Virus record (IMG/VR): IMGVR_UViG_2061766007_001347
Reading direction: 5' to 3' (one strand)
Length of the DNA stretch: 64,000 bases
Source: an uncultured virus (IMG/VR IMGVR_UViG_2061766007_001347)
Taxonomy: Duplodnaviria > Heunggongvirae > Uroviricota > Caudoviricetes
The notes below the pieces were generated by a model. The model was not told the origin of the DNA, ran no database searches, and saw only the letters and a program-made list of their open reading frames with translations. Numbering within the stretch: position 1 is the stretch's first letter; each line of letters opens with the position of its first letter. A program made the position numbers and the translations under genes. Positions 33,602 through 45,724 of this stretch are shown piece after piece.

Positions 33602-34558
33602 CTATAGTAAAAGATTTCTTCCGTCGTATTGACGAGTTATTATTCCAGCTTCTTTGAATAATTTACGTGAAGCGATATATGAAGATTCATCGTGATGTTT
33701 GTCTGATAAATATATTACCTCTGAGATGTTTTTCTGTATGATTGCTTTTGCACATTCACAACAGGGAAATAGAGTGCAATAGATCTTAGAGTTTGAGAGA
33801 TCAAATACAGACGTATTGAGGATTGCGTTTAATTCTGCATGTGTTACGTAAGCGTACTTTGTTTCATGAAGTTTGCCTTCTCTTGTAGTAGGGAATTTGG
33901 ATTCATCGATATGAGAGGGTAGTCCATTGTAGCCCATTCCGATTAGACGATTGTTCTTGTCTACTATTACCGCTCCGACTTTCGTGGATTCATCTTTTGA
34001 ACGAAGGGAAGCCAGGACTGCTATGTTCATGAAGTATTCATCCCAAGAGAGACGATCTTTTATCTTATCTGTTACAGATTTCTGTTTTGAACTTTTATTT
34101 TCTTCTTCGAATAACTTTAAGTTCCCAGCCTTCTCGAAATTGAACGCTGTGTTTAATTCTCCCACATATTTGTTTGAGATATTGTATGCATAGATGTCAT
34201 CTGTGCTGAATTCAGTGGGAAAGATATCATAGACTTCGAACTGTTTTGTAAGATTACCAGAATCATCATATTCTGAAACTATCCCATCTGTCTTTCCTAA
34301 CATATATTTGTCATCAACATAAATCAGACGAATCCATCTATCAACTAAAGAAAGAATAGCCTTTTCTGATTTTTTGTAGTATTGACAAATATGAATCGAT
34401 CCGGGTGTAGTACATATTGCTCGACCAAGACCAAAGTAGTGGGGTTCAGCGCTGTACTGTGGACACTCTATACGGCTCACATCAAATCTTACAGGAAGAC
34501 TCCCAGTGTATTCTAGTTCTTTTGGGAGTTTGTAGATTAAAAGTTCAAGATGTTTCAT
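33602..34558 (-). CDS. dCMP deaminase with unknown ~165-aa N-terminal domain
   Basis: WDEYFM, RSKD.ST.VGA, GYNG, HAELNA, TLFPCCEC. Confidence 0.92.
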   Translation of the reverse strand: MKHLELLIYKLPKELEYTGSLPVRFDVSRIECPQYSAEPHYFGLGRAICTTPGSIHICQYYKKSEKAILSLVDRWIRLIYVDDKYMLGKTDGIVSEYDDSGNLTKQFEVYDIFPTEFSTDDIYAYNISNKYVGELNTAFNFEKAGNLKLFEEENKSSKQKSVTDKIKDRLSWDEYFMNIAVLASLRSKDESTKVGAVIVDKNNRLIGMGYNGLPSHIDESKFPTTREGKLHETKYAYVTHAELNAILNTSVFDLSNSKIYCTLFPCCECAKAIIQKNISEVIYLSDKHHDESSYIASRKLFKEAGIITRQYDGRNLLL

Positions 34559-34780
34559 GAGATCAAATCCTCTCTTCTTTGTTCTGTTTTGGTCTATCTA
34601 TATCATTGAACGAGCACCAGGCAAATACTTCATCATCGTGAAGACATGAAGACCATCGATATTGGAACCAGATATTGTCTCCTCTGTATTCAGCTTCAGA
34701 CAAATTTCCAAAGTGATTGATAATTAAATAGCTCCCGGAATGTGTATCTTTCGGGAGCTCGTCTTTACATAAATGCCATT

Positions 34781-35494
34781 TCATTTTTTATTACTACCTT
34801 CTATATCCATCCAAAGCTGATCTAGATCTCTAAACACTTGAATGAATTTCTGTGACGCTTTGTCATATCCTCTGACAAGACCGAGGATATTTTCAATGAA
34901 TGAATCATCTTTAGTCTCCTCGTACTTTTTACATAAGTATTCGATATGTGATGCGCATGTCTTAAAGAAAGACATCTTGCCTCTACCATCATCGATTATC
35001 TTGTAGAGCCTTTTAGCTATTTCCTTCTTTTCTATATCGTGTTCTTTTGCCTCTCGTTTGATGATATTCCCTTTTACCATATATAACTGGTTATTATGTT
35101 CGTCACAACAGCAGACAATGAATTCATCATCTTTTACGAGGTTTGAACTGAACACTGATATCTTGTAGTCGATTGATCCAATGAACTTTAGTTCTATCTC
35201 GTCACTATTGTTGCTGTTTTCTGCAAATCGAGGTTTACCACACTGACTCAACATTTTCAAGCCGTCTTTTCCAATTAAAGCAAAGTCGCCAAATTTGCAT
35301 CTCTTTTCAAAGATCATGCTTGCTGCTTTATACAGAATCATAATGAATTCATCACATAACTCAGCGTAAGAATACTCTTCATATTCTTTGTTATTTTCAT
35401 CGAACGTGATATCGTATTCACTCAATGAATGAGTCTCTCTTTTTAGAACAGATGTAGCTATAGAGTCTAAAACAATTCTTGATTCAATCGACAT
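34781..35494 (-). CDS. Hypothetical with possible gp23-like capsid C-terminal fragment
   Basis: KAASMIFEK...GDFALIG...FIGSIDYKISVF...DEFIV resembles T4-type MCP C-terminus by eye. Confidence 0.4.
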   Translation of the reverse strand: MSIESRIVLDSIATSVLKRETHSLSEYDITFDENNKEYEEYSYAELCDEFIMILYKAASMIFEKRCKFGDFALIGKDGLKMLSQCGKPRFAENSNNSDEIELKFIGSIDYKISVFSSNLVKDDEFIVCCCDEHNNQLYMVKGNIIKREAKEHDIEKKEIAKRLYKIIDDGRGKMSFFKTCASHIEYLCKKYEETKDDSFIENILGLVRGYDKASQKFIQVFRDLDQLWMDIEGSNKK

Positions 35495-36783
35495 AACACA
35501 ATCTCCTACTTATTAGCTTTCTTTGGGCAATATGATATCATGGTGAATTCTTCATATTCTTCTGCATGACAGTAGCAGCAACAATCTTCAGAATATACAT
35601 TGTCACCATGACCGTAATCATACCCAGTGATTCCGACATAGCCGTCATCGCACTTGAATATCATAGTCGCTTCTGTGTACCAGCGATGAACTTCACCCGG
35701 TAGCTTTAAGACGCATTCACCAAGTTCTAAGTTGATGTCATTCTCTTCAAGAACGTCTTCATCTGTTAAATGCCACAGATCAACAAAGACTTCCCTATTG
35801 TTATTCACTATGTCAATCACTTCTTGTACTTTCATTTGCTTGTCTCTTTGTCTATTTCAGAAATGCTAATCCACTTTACTACATCGTGTAATGATGCTAC
35901 TTGTTTATCACCCCAGCTGTCATACCAAGCACCACTCTTAGTGTCATACCATAACACTTCATATGTTTTACTCAAATCACACAGACAACCGCATGACTCT
36001 TTAGGAACATCAAGTTCTTTTACATAATGCCATTTCATAAATAAGTAATCCCTTCTTTTGTCACAACTGCTGACTTTAATGATTCAACAAACTTATTAGA
36101 ATCAACTTTAGATAGTTGCTTAATAAATTCGTCTTTTTCATACTGTTTTAGAGCATAGCATAATTCTTGAAATCGTAATGATGCTCTTATGAAATTTTCT
36201 ATGCACTCAACACCGCCATCAAATACGCTTGCAAGATCTTTAACTCTGTCAAGTTCCATTATGTCTATATTGCTTGCTGTGTTATATAACACGGCGTAAT
36301 CATCATACTTTGACTTCATGACTATATCTCCTACTGTCTACCGGAAATGCTAATTACTGCATAGCTATCATCGGCAGCACGTGCTATCTTAACCTCATCT
36401 AATATACACGTTTTTGCACACCAATGAACTTCACCATTATCATTATATGGACAACCGAGTTCTACCTCTCTAGCTCTAATAGAGGTGCTGTCTCTCACAG
36501 GGCGAATCATGCTCTCTATATTGAAAAGAACATCATCAAAGTTTTTATAGTCTTCTTTATATAGAGAAAAGCTCACACTTGGCCAAAGTGATCTATTCTT
36601 AATTTCACTCATTTCTTTACTGAATTCAATACATGCATTCCCTGTGCTGCAGTTAAAAGCAAACTTGAGATCTTTCTCTCTTATTTCTTCTGGTTTTACT
36701 CTCATGATGATGCTCCATAGTTTGATGTTAAATATGACCGTCTAGTATAAATGAAAGTTCAACAGCTTTACCATATACAAAAA

Positions 36784-36812
36784 AGCTCCCTAGATAAATA
36801 TACACTAGGGAG
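36784..36812 (-). terminator. Intrinsic terminator
   Basis: GCTCCCTAG...CTAGGGAGC with U-tract on minus strand. Confidence 0.7.
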
Positions 36813-36839
36813 CGTCTTCAACTTAATCAAAAGTTGGTT

Positions 36840-37244
36840 TTACACAAGATAATCTTTGTCGAATTTCTTTGCAATACGAAGCATCTCTTTAAGATTCTTT
36901 CCTGCTGCCTTAAGCTTTTCACTCTGTTTTGTTACGTTTGTAATCATCTCAGTAACGAGGTCTGTAGCAGATGTGTAGCCAGATTTCTCAAGATTTCTTC
37001 TAATGCGTGCTACATCTTTAGCATCCATCTCATCACCCATCTCATCTTCATCATAAGAATCCATTAGGCTTGATAAGAGATTTACAGCAGATGACCATCT
37101 GAAGTTCCCATTGTCGAGCTGGTTTGAGCTGTTCAATCCTGATAGAGCTTCCATTGCATCTTCTAGTTCTGGGAGACTCATTGCTTCATTCTTCATAAGA
37201 AGACTTTCTAATTTCGCAATACGACGTTCTAGACTTTCATTCAT
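36840..37244 (-). CDS. Hypothetical with LExRIAxLE...KNE leader
   Basis: GGAGG SD before MNESLERRIAKLE; start revised. Confidence 0.7.
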   Translation of the reverse strand: MNESLERRIAKLESLLMKNEAMSLPELEDAMEALSGLNSSNQLDNGNFRWSSAVNLLSSLMDSYDEDEMGDEMDAKDVARIRRNLEKSGYTSATDLVTEMITNVTKQSEKLKAAGKNLKEMLRIAKKFDKDYLV

Positions 37245-37490
37245 ATTTTTACATCCTCCAAGTATGCAAAGTAAAACTAACAATAGATTTGATATCAGTG
37301 AATGATGATGACGTTTGCATCTTGAAGAGACACTTCTTTTTGCTTCAGTGGCGGGAAGCATTTCTTTTCATGATCAATTAGTAACCCATCAAGAATGATT
37401 GGCCAATAATCTTCTTTGTTGAAATTTCTGCATTCCCAGTTGATGATGTCTGCTTCGTGGTTGCATTGTTCAAGTTCTTTTATCAGATCT

Positions 37491-38252
37491 TTAACTTTCA
37501 TGTTGTTCGTCACTGCACTTTTCAGCATATTCTTTTATACGAGCGACGTACTCATAATCAGCAAGTTCTTTTAATCGAGTTACTGCATTTACAGCATCAC
37601 TGATACATTTTTCTACAGTCTCTTTATCAATGACTTTTGCATAATCTCTAAGCTTATCACAGAATCTTATGAACCCATCAATGGGATCTCCAATCTGTGT
37701 AAGTCTTATCAACTGAGAATCACTATGTGGGTAGAATGAATAAATGCTGCGCCCGTCATTGTCATCTTTACTTTTGTGCTCAACTATATCATAGTTACAG
37801 TTTAGCCATGCGCTCGCTTTGGCAGCTTCTTTTTTGAAGTCTTCATAAAGTGAGTACTTCATCGGAATAACTAAATAACGTTTACCGTTGATCTCAGTCT
37901 CCATCGTGTAGTAATGAGAATTCTTTTTAATGAATTCATCAACGACTTCTGAGTTCTTTGATTTGCTCATCAGTGCGGTGAATTTCTCTGCCATTTCATC
38001 ATTGAACTTTTCATCAGCTGGAAGTTCTGCATCAGGGACGTACGGCTTGCAATCTTTATCACGAGTGATAATTTCTTCAATCATCTTCGCGTCTACTGGT
38101 GGATATTCATAAACCCATCCACTAGCATTTTGATAGCCATCCGCATACGGATCCTGATACCAGTGCTGACCAATCGGTCTTTGTCTACTATACTTAGATC
38201 TCACATAATCAAGAACGCTCATAATAAATCTCCCTATATATGACCATCCCAA
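37491..38252 (-). CDS. Hypothetical phage protein
   Basis: 253-aa ORF; true start probably ~38222. Confidence 0.7.
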   Translation of the reverse strand: MGWSYIGRFIMSVLDYVRSKYSRQRPIGQHWYQDPYADGYQNASGWVYEYPPVDAKMIEEIITRDKDCKPYVPDAELPADEKFNDEMAEKFTALMSKSKNSEVVDEFIKKNSHYYTMETEINGKRYLVIPMKYSLYEDFKKEAAKASAWLNCNYDIVEHKSKDDNDGRSIYSFYPHSDSQLIRLTQIGDPIDGFIRFCDKLRDYAKVIDKETVEKCISDAVNAVTRLKELADYEYVARIKEYAEKCSDEQHES

Positions 38253-38428
38253 TAGAAGTTGAGATAGACTACTTTTTCGCCAGTCTCATCACCGTCTTCA
38301 TCATACACGTCATTTTCCCACAGACTATGAAGCTCACCATGCCCTGCTTCATCATAATCTGCAAATGATGTAACTTTCATATCTGGCTTAAATTTTTGAA
38401 GCTCACTTATCAATTCAGCTACTGTCAT
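38234..38428 (-). CDS. MTVxELIExL family member
   Basis: MTVAELISELQKFKPD. Confidence 0.8.
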   Translation of the reverse strand: MTVAELISELQKFKPDMKVTSFADYDEAGHGELHSLWENDVYDEDGDETGEKVVYLNFYWDGHI

Positions 38429-39978
38429 TGCTATACCTCAACCCATGTGAGTCTGTTCTCTAGAACGTATTCTTTTGCAGTGCAGACATATTCGCAATCT
38501 TCATCATCAACACTTTCCATGAAATTGTAGTAAAGTCCATTTATGCCAACTACTCCATCATCACACTGATATAAAATAGTAGCTGACACAAAATATGCCT
38601 CATCATGTAAGACGACGTCAATTAAATGTTGGACACTATCATCAGTTCTATACAAAGGTTTTAGAACTTCATCATAGTTGTCCATGAGGTATTCATCTAC
38701 ACTGTCAATTGAGTAGAATAAATTGCTTGTGACAAGTTCAATAAGGTCTTTAGCTTTCATAGCTATGATTCCTATTCAGCATCTCAACTCAGGATTCAGT
38801 TCTTCAATAACAACATCTAGAACTTTGTCAGCTGATATCTTTTCAGTTAGTTTCATAAAGCATTCTTCACAGACTTCTTTATGAACTAAAACGTTGCCGT
38901 CATCATCTGTCAAATCAAGATTAAGATCTGAAGTGTTGCCGCACATATAGCATTTGTTCTCCATAGTCAACCTCATTTATTTGAAGATCTCGTCGTACCC
39001 ATCTTCACTGTACTCGAGACATCTTACTTTCAAATGTTCTGTAATGCATTCAAGTGAACAGAACTTCTTTCCATTATAAATATACACCTCAGAGCCGTAC
39101 TTTATAATTTCACTACAAGTCTCACACGTGGGATTGTGTAGCTCAAATTCTGGAGTGAAATGTTTTGTGCATGTCTCAATAGCTTCAGCCTCAATAGAGA
39201 ACTTCACTTTTCTAATCACCAAAGTATAAGGCGTGAAAGTCTTATTTGCCTCACAGTGTAGTGTGTGGTGGTTAACTATTTTCTGAATCCGATCAGACAG
39301 TTTATCATCGTTCAGTGTATCGTCAAGAGTAACACAGAACTGATTATCTTGGTGACCGTCGTCATACACACATACACTATATAGACCATATAATGTTTTC
39401 GTGTCTTTGTCTTTACTAACATCTAGCTCTGGAATTCTATTCGGTACACTGCTCATTATCATCTCCTGTTATTCCCAAATGTATTCTTGTACTGCACATG
39501 CATTAAAGTTATAGACATTGTTCACAACTTCAAATGGAACCTGCGTCCAAAAGATAGTGGCATTTCTGCATATCGCATCTATGTCATAGAACATGTTTTC
39601 ACTTTCTGATATGTATTCAAATTTAACGCTGCTACTCATTGTTTTAAGTCCTCCATTAGTGCATCGTTCTGAAGAACGACTTTTTCAAAGTTGCCATCAT
39701 AATATGGACTATCTTCATCAAACTTACGCATAAACCTTACAAACCATTTTTTCCAATAAGTGTAGTCGTCATAGTTATCATTATCGTGAATCTCTACTAG
39801 ACCTCTTAAATATTGAAAATATAGAAAAATATTTTCTTTCGTCTGCTGTGATAATGAGCCCCACTTTTTTCTAACAGACGAATCCTCAGCAGCAAGTAAA
39901 TGAAACCTACTAAATGAAAGTGTATGTTGCTTTCTATCAATTAGTGTGAATGTTGTATCTTTCATTTATACCTCGCTT

Positions 39979-40539
39979 CTATTGCTTTATACATTCCATG
40001 ATTTCATCTAATGATATTGGCTTATAGCCGGTTCTTTCAACACATACACATCTTGAAGTAGATGTGTCTCTGTATCGTTCATCACTATGAACATGTCCAT
40101 ATAGATTGAAGTACGGAGTAGTCTCTGTGAGCTGTAATGGGTAGTGTGAAAGAATAAAGAAGTTGTTGAATATAATAGGATAAGGTGATACAAAATTAAA
40201 CCCTGATTCTACATATTCTTCTGGAGCTCTTGTATCATGATTGCCCATAATGAGATTCACCTTCCCATTCAACAATGCTCTAATATGTCTACACTGATCA
40301 AGCTCTCTATTACATCGTTCAATGTTTGGGTAATACTTCTTTTGGTCAGTCCAATCGGGAACATAGAAAAAGAAAAAGTCACCAAGGACCCAAACCTCAT
40401 CTTCAACATCAACCACACTATTCCAATTATCAATAAGCTGATTTGTCTGATCATCTACATCTTTGAATGGACGATCGCAGTATTTGATTATATTAGCATG
40501 GTTAAAGTGTGTATCAGCTGTAAAGAATGTTCTTTTCAT
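39979..40539 (-). CDS. Calcineurin-like metallophosphoesterase (phage type)
   Basis: ADTHFNH, LGDF, GNHD, SHYP, GHVH. Confidence 0.92.
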   Translation of the reverse strand: MKRTFFTADTHFNHANIIKYCDRPFKDVDDQTNQLIDNWNSVVDVEDEVWVLGDFFFFYVPDWTDQKKYYPNIERCNRELDQCRHIRALLNGKVNLIMGNHDTRAPEEYVESGFNFVSPYPIIFNNFFILSHYPLQLTETTPYFNLYGHVHSDERYRDTSTSRCVCVERTGYKPISLDEIMECIKQ

Positions 40540-40748
40540 TCGTCTTCATAATCCCATCTATTATCGTATGGAACGCAGCCTGTAATTCTTATGCAGAGAG
40601 GGAATTCTTGAATATGAGCATACTCAATTTCTGTACTACATGTTTCATCATAATCAAACTGATTATCAACCCATGCTGTATAAAGATTGACTTTCTTTGA
40701 TTTATCCTCAACTTTCTGGAGAATGTCAATTAGCTCTTGCACTGTCAT
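40536..40748 (-). CDS. MTVxELIExL family member
   Basis: MTVQELIDILQKVED. Confidence 0.8.
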   Translation of the reverse strand: MTVQELIDILQKVEDKSKKVNLYTAWVDNQFDYDETCSTEIEYAHIQEFPLCIRITGCVPYDNRWDYEDE

Positions 40749-41610
40749 CGCTCTAGTCCTTATGAATGTTATACTCTATATTGCATAGAGTGATTTGCAA
40801 CTCATTTGCCAAATCTTCTACGACTTCTTTAGCAGCTGTTGATTTATCATAAAGATCTTTCCCTATGAAATTCTGACTGCTTGTTGTACGGAATCTTAAA
40901 AGTGCAGATAATAGATCATTGCACAATCTTCTTGATTCCATTAAACAAGCAATCTCATAAGCGTCATGCATAAGATTCTTATCCATTGCTGTACTCCACA
41001 TCAGTCAATTAGTGTTACTTTGACTCGTTTAACTGTACATTCCTGACCGTCACTACCATAACCAATTCTTGACTTTGCACCTTTTTCAGTAGAGAATAAA
41101 TGTGCTTTGTCGAAACTGTCATATCCGTAACATGAAGAGATACNNNNNNNNNNAATAAAAATCATTCATTTCATTTCCGCTAATAATATGAAACACTGCA
41201 CCATCTTTCAAACCACAAATGCCATCAAGGTACTTTGCATAATCATCGAGACTATCAAGATCTAGTCCTTCAAGTGTCAATGCTGAATTATTATAAAGTT
41301 CATCAAAAATGGACTCATTGACATTATCGTTAACAGTGTAATTCATACTATCTCCTATGTGTTTAATGGAGGAACCATTTCCATCCATCATGTGATTTAT
41401 ATTATAATCATTTTCTTTTGAAAGTCAATGGATTATTTTGATTTATTTTCTTTTTCTTTCATTTCAATAATATCGCGTGCCGTAATAACTCTTGGAGATT
41501 TGCTTGAACGCTTTCGCGATATGTATGCACCAAGCTCATAAGCGACAACGATAAGTATTGCTATCATGGATGCTACAAACAAAATGTCTATCATTTGTGA
41601 ACCTCCTGTT

Positions 41611-41675
41611 ATGAATGGATCCATTTCCATTCATTTTATGAGACTATAATAACATAGTTCAGAATGAATGTCAAT
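41611..41675 (-). promoter_or_regulatory. Type-B promoter (TTGACA) + leader hairpin
   Basis: TTGACA-N17-TATTAT then ATGAATGGA..TCCATTCAT. Confidence 0.75.
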
Positions 41676-43112
41676 GGTTATTTTAGATAGTCAGCATATT
41701 TTTCTCTAAATGCTTTTTCGTCTTTTGAATTATATGCTTCACACTCAAGCACATGCTCAATGCTAGGGAATCTCAACGTTATGTACTCATCGCATTGTAC
41801 CGTCTTTTCTTCAAAACAATGCAATTCGATGGCTACACATTCACGGTTAAATTTACAGTCAACTTCAATCTTTTCTAACGCTCTATACAAATATAGAATT
41901 TTTGCTTTCTCATAATGAACTTTGTGAACTACTGTTTTCAGTGCATCACGGATTTGCATTTCATCAGAATTGAACAGAGAATAAATCCATCCAATCAAAG
42001 GAAGTGTGCGTTTCGCGTATGTACCTGCAACAGTGTTCAACTTAATGCTCATTGCTAGAATCCTGCACGTTCGAGAACATCGTTCAAATCGGCCCACATG
42101 TCAATGTCTTCAACATCAATGAGATCGCCAGATTCAATGCCGTAATACTTTCCATTCGCACAATAATGCACTGTTATGTATCCTTTATAATCTACGTAGC
42201 ACAGCATATTGCAATCTGATGTAGGAAACTCTTTGTCTTTTGTATAATGCCAAATACGATTCATACTATCACCAATTGTTAATGACGTCAGTTAGTTCAT
42301 CAACGGTCTCTTGTGTTATACGATACTCAATACATGGCAAATATTTGAAGTTCTCATCAAAGCCGTCATGCAAATCACCCTGAACTTCATTAAAGAATTT
42401 AAGATTAAACAGTTTCTTAAATAGAGCATCTTTGTACAATGTCGGGCATCTCAATAGCCACTCCCAATCTATTCCTTGACTAGAATTTTCATGTGGCTTT
42501 CCATGAGGACCTAATATATCACCGTTGCGGTCCCAGGCATTAACACAAATGCTACCATAATAAGTGCCGTTATTTTTACGTTTACATAACGTCACAATGA
42601 AAGTAACTTTATCTTTTGGTCTGCAACTAATTAGTGGAATATTTTCGTAAGTGAATAAAGCCTGACAGATAGTATCATTCCAATGAGGAAGTTTAGTTTC
42701 AGAGTTAACAGTAATTTCCTTTGTGTAAGCTGACATATTCGTATCTCCTTTTTACAAAGAAAGTGTACCACTTAACAGTAACTTATTGTTTGTTACAGAG
42801 TTCTAATTTCAACATCCCCACAATCAGAATCAAAAATTACAGCATGATCATCTTTAAGACGTTTAATAGCTTTCGCTAATTCAAAGATATCCCATACATC
42901 ACCGAACGCGTCATCTACAAAGTCAAGAATGTGATTAATTGTAGATGGTGCTGAAGTCTCCCATGAAATAATCATTCTGTCATAAACTGCCTGAATGTAA
43001 ATCTCACATCCCACACTAGTAAGATACGAATCCCAGTCATCAGCGAGTGATCTTGCATCAGCAGAATTTATATTTGAGATCCAAAGTTCACTCATAGTGA
43101 CCTCCTATATGT

Positions 43113-43176
43113 AATGAATGGATCCGTTCCATTCATTTTATGGTTATGTTATATCACAGATTTAATCTGTTGTCAA
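43113..43176 (-). promoter_or_regulatory. Type-B promoter + leader hairpin
   Basis: TTGACA-N17-TATAAC. Confidence 0.8.
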
Positions 43177-43221
43177 TAAGAATTTTATTATTTTAATGGA
43201 GTTCTTTTTGACGAACTGTAA

Positions 43222-43395
43222 CTAATCAACTCCGATGGTTACACCATAATAAGTGTCAATGGTAACATCATCCTCGTCAAACCCATATTCTTTATATTCG
43301 TCATCAGTGTATGGACAAGTATCAGGAGCAACGATTGTAACCTCCATATCAGGATCTGCATCCTTAAGAATTACCATTAATTCTTTAACTGTCAT
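43222..43395 (-). CDS. MTVxELIExL family member (not in ORF track)
   Basis: Hand translation MTVKELMVILKDADPDMEV. Confidence 0.8.
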   Translation of the reverse strand: MTVKELMVILKDADPDMEVTIVAPDTCPYTDDEYKEYGFDEDDVTIDTYYGVTIGVD

Positions 43396-43904
43396 TGCTG
43401 GTACTCCTTAACAGTTGTATGCTTTAATGCAATCTTCAACCAAATCAGCAAGTTCATAAGCAGCAATTTCCACATCCTCAAAACAAGAAGAATGATGATC
43501 AGCATCTGCCTTGCAAACAATCTTCTTTGCAATGTTTGTACCGAAGAGATACTCAGTAGCAATATCGTCCTCAAGATTTGCNNNNNNNNNNATTGTCAAC
43601 GACATCATCAAACCATCTGCCACCAAAACTAAACCGTTTCATTACAATGGCACTAGGATTCACAAGATCATCTAATTTAATTGCAACAATATGTAAGTCA
43701 TCAGGATATTCAGCTTTTCCAGATAAGCAATAAAAATCATTCATTTCATTTCCACTAATAATATGAAACACTGCACCATCTTTCAAACCACAAATACCAT
43801 CAAGGTATTTTGCATAATCATCGAGACTATCAAGATCTAGTCCTTCAAGTGTCAATGCNNNNNNNNNNAAGCTTAACAAGATATTCTTTCATGGCAGTTA
43901 CTCC

Positions 43905-44075
43905 TTAACCAACACCAATTGTCAACACACCACACATATTGTCAATGTCTTTCTCACTGAATCCGTACTCGCCGTATTCAGTTTCATAATAGTCGCTGGC
44001 AATAGGTGCTTCAATGTGAACTTCCATGTCAGGATCTTGTTTTGAGAGGATTTCAATCAATTCTTTCACTGTCAT
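43905..44075 (-). CDS. MTVxELIExL family member (not in ORF track)
   Basis: Hand translation MTVKELIEILSKQDPDMEV. Confidence 0.8.
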   Translation of the reverse strand: MTVKELIEILSKQDPDMEVHIEAPIASDYYETEYGEYGFSEKDIDNMCGVLTIGVG

Positions 44076-44095
44076 GTCAGTATCTCCGTTGGTAT

Positions 44096-44385
44096 AATGA
44101 ATGGATCCATTCCATTCATTTTATGGTTATGTTATATCATGGTTCCTATAATCTGTCAACAAGTTTTTTCTTATTTTTAACAGATTTTCAAAGAACCTCA
44201 AATGGATCCATTCCATCCATTTGATAGACACATAATAACATGGAACTGACAGTATGTCAAATAGAAAATTCAAGAAAAATAGTGTCAGACTGTATCTGAT
44301 ATATTTCTGATACAATTCACAGTTTGTATCAGAAAATTTTACTCATAATTATAACACAAATACGTATGGTCTGTCAATAGAAAAA
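44096..44385 (-). promoter_or_regulatory. Composite block: tandem type-B hairpin promoters + TGTATCAGA motifs
   Basis: Hairpins at ~44096 and ~44198; further TTGACA at ~44377. Confidence 0.7.
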
Positions 44386-44685
44386 TTCAAGAATTTTCAG
44401 GAAATAATAATGTTATATAATCTTGACAATATATTGCCTCGTTGTCAATATATACATCCAAAAGTATATTGCATACATTCGGATTATATAAAGTATCAAC
44501 TTCTATCTCATTTCCATTCTTTGTTAAATATATATTCTTGCATTTGAAGTATCGTACAATAGGTGCAATTTTTGTGATAGACTCGTTTGCTTCATTTTCT
44601 GATATACTGAAATATATCTTCATCAAATCCACAAACTGTCTAGCACGTTTTGCATTATTGCTTCGCTTGCCAGTTAACCTCATAA

Positions 44686-45240
44686 TTAAAAGTCATCCAT
44701 GGTTTCNNNNNNNNNNAACTTGCTTCCTAATTTCCAATCATCGAGGTCGTCATCGTCGTCAACTGTGCAATCCCACCTATGATTCTTGCACGAAGAAAAT
44801 CCTTCGTATGCTTCCTCGTCGTCATCTTTAAGATCATTAAACACATTATCATCATCCCATATATTGTGGGACTTTTTATTTCCTGTTAAATAATCATCAT
44901 CGTCATCATCCCATTTGGATTTACTATATCGCTCGCCGTCATCATCCCATTTGGATTTACTATATCGCTCGCCGTCATCATCCCATAACGATGAATAATA
45001 GTGATCTCGCCATGTATCTTCAAACCAATCTCTTTCAGGCTCAACTTCTACTTCAAACGATTTGTTGCATTCCTCCAAATGTTCTTTACTTACTTCAATG
45101 CAAACCAAATTGCAATTATCTTTAACAGCATCGTAAATGTAATCTTCTATTTCACCAGGCATAAATCCTGATTGCTTCATTGCAGCAACAGTATATGCCA
45201 TGACATCAAACACAGTATCGAGTCCTTGAATACTATACAT
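44686..45240 (-). CDS. Acidic-tail hypothetical with 36-bp tandem duplication (3' end gapped)
   Basis: WDDDGERYSKSK x2; homologue of 23897-24364. Confidence 0.75.
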   Translation of the reverse strand: MYSIQGLDTVFDVMAYTVAAMKQSGFMPGEIEDYIYDAVKDNCNLVCIEVSKEHLEECNKSFEVEVEPERDWFEDTWRDHYYSSLWDDDGERYSKSKWDDDGERYSKSKWDDDDDDYLTGNKKSHNIWDDDNVFNDLKDDDEEAYEGFSSCKNHRWDCTVDDDDDLDDWKLGSKXXXXETMDDF

Positions 45241-45445
45241 GAGGTTACCTCCTATTGTATAAGATTGTCATTAGGATCGTAAATCTCGAATCTGAACCGA
45301 CCGTCAGGATCTTCCAAATCAGAAGGATAATTCAACTCTAAATAATTGTATAGTTCATCTTTCGTTTTGAAATAATGATCTACATACCAACGAGCATCTT
45401 CATAAGAATCAGGATGGCATAGTGTTATTTTTAGAGTATACATAG

Positions 45446-45724
45446 TTAACCTCGATTGTTTAAGAATGTGATGCGGTCAGCAATAATAGCATCGCCAGAT
45501 GAGTTATACTTTCCTTCTACACAACACAAAGAGCCAACATGCAAATGCTGTTTACAGATACTTGCTTGTTTCCCACGTGAAATAATTAGATGCTGTAAAG
45601 TCGTATCATTATTTGTATCTGACAATCTGAATGTGGTAATCCTGTCGGCACCTTTACATTCAAAATGAGGTTCTGTTATAACACGTCCAACAACGATAGG
45701 ATTTGAAAAGCTACCATTATTCAT
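45446..45724 (-). CDS. Minimal SSB/PriB-like OB-fold protein
   Basis: N...VGR...EP, TFRL, GKQA....L..GSL..VEG, IIADRITFL; no acidic tail. Confidence 0.7.
   Translation of the reverse strand: MNNGSFSNPIVVGRVITEPHFECKGADRITTFRLSDTNNDTTLQHLIISRGKQASICKQHLHVGSLCCVEGKYNSSGDAIIADRITFLNNRG

Noticed and set aside
41153..43858. Near-identical duplicate of the ALTLEGLDLDSLDD gene segment (41153-41278 vs 43731-43858)
   Set aside because: Both copies abut N gaps and differ by a few SNPs; most likely strain variants duplicated in scaffolding.
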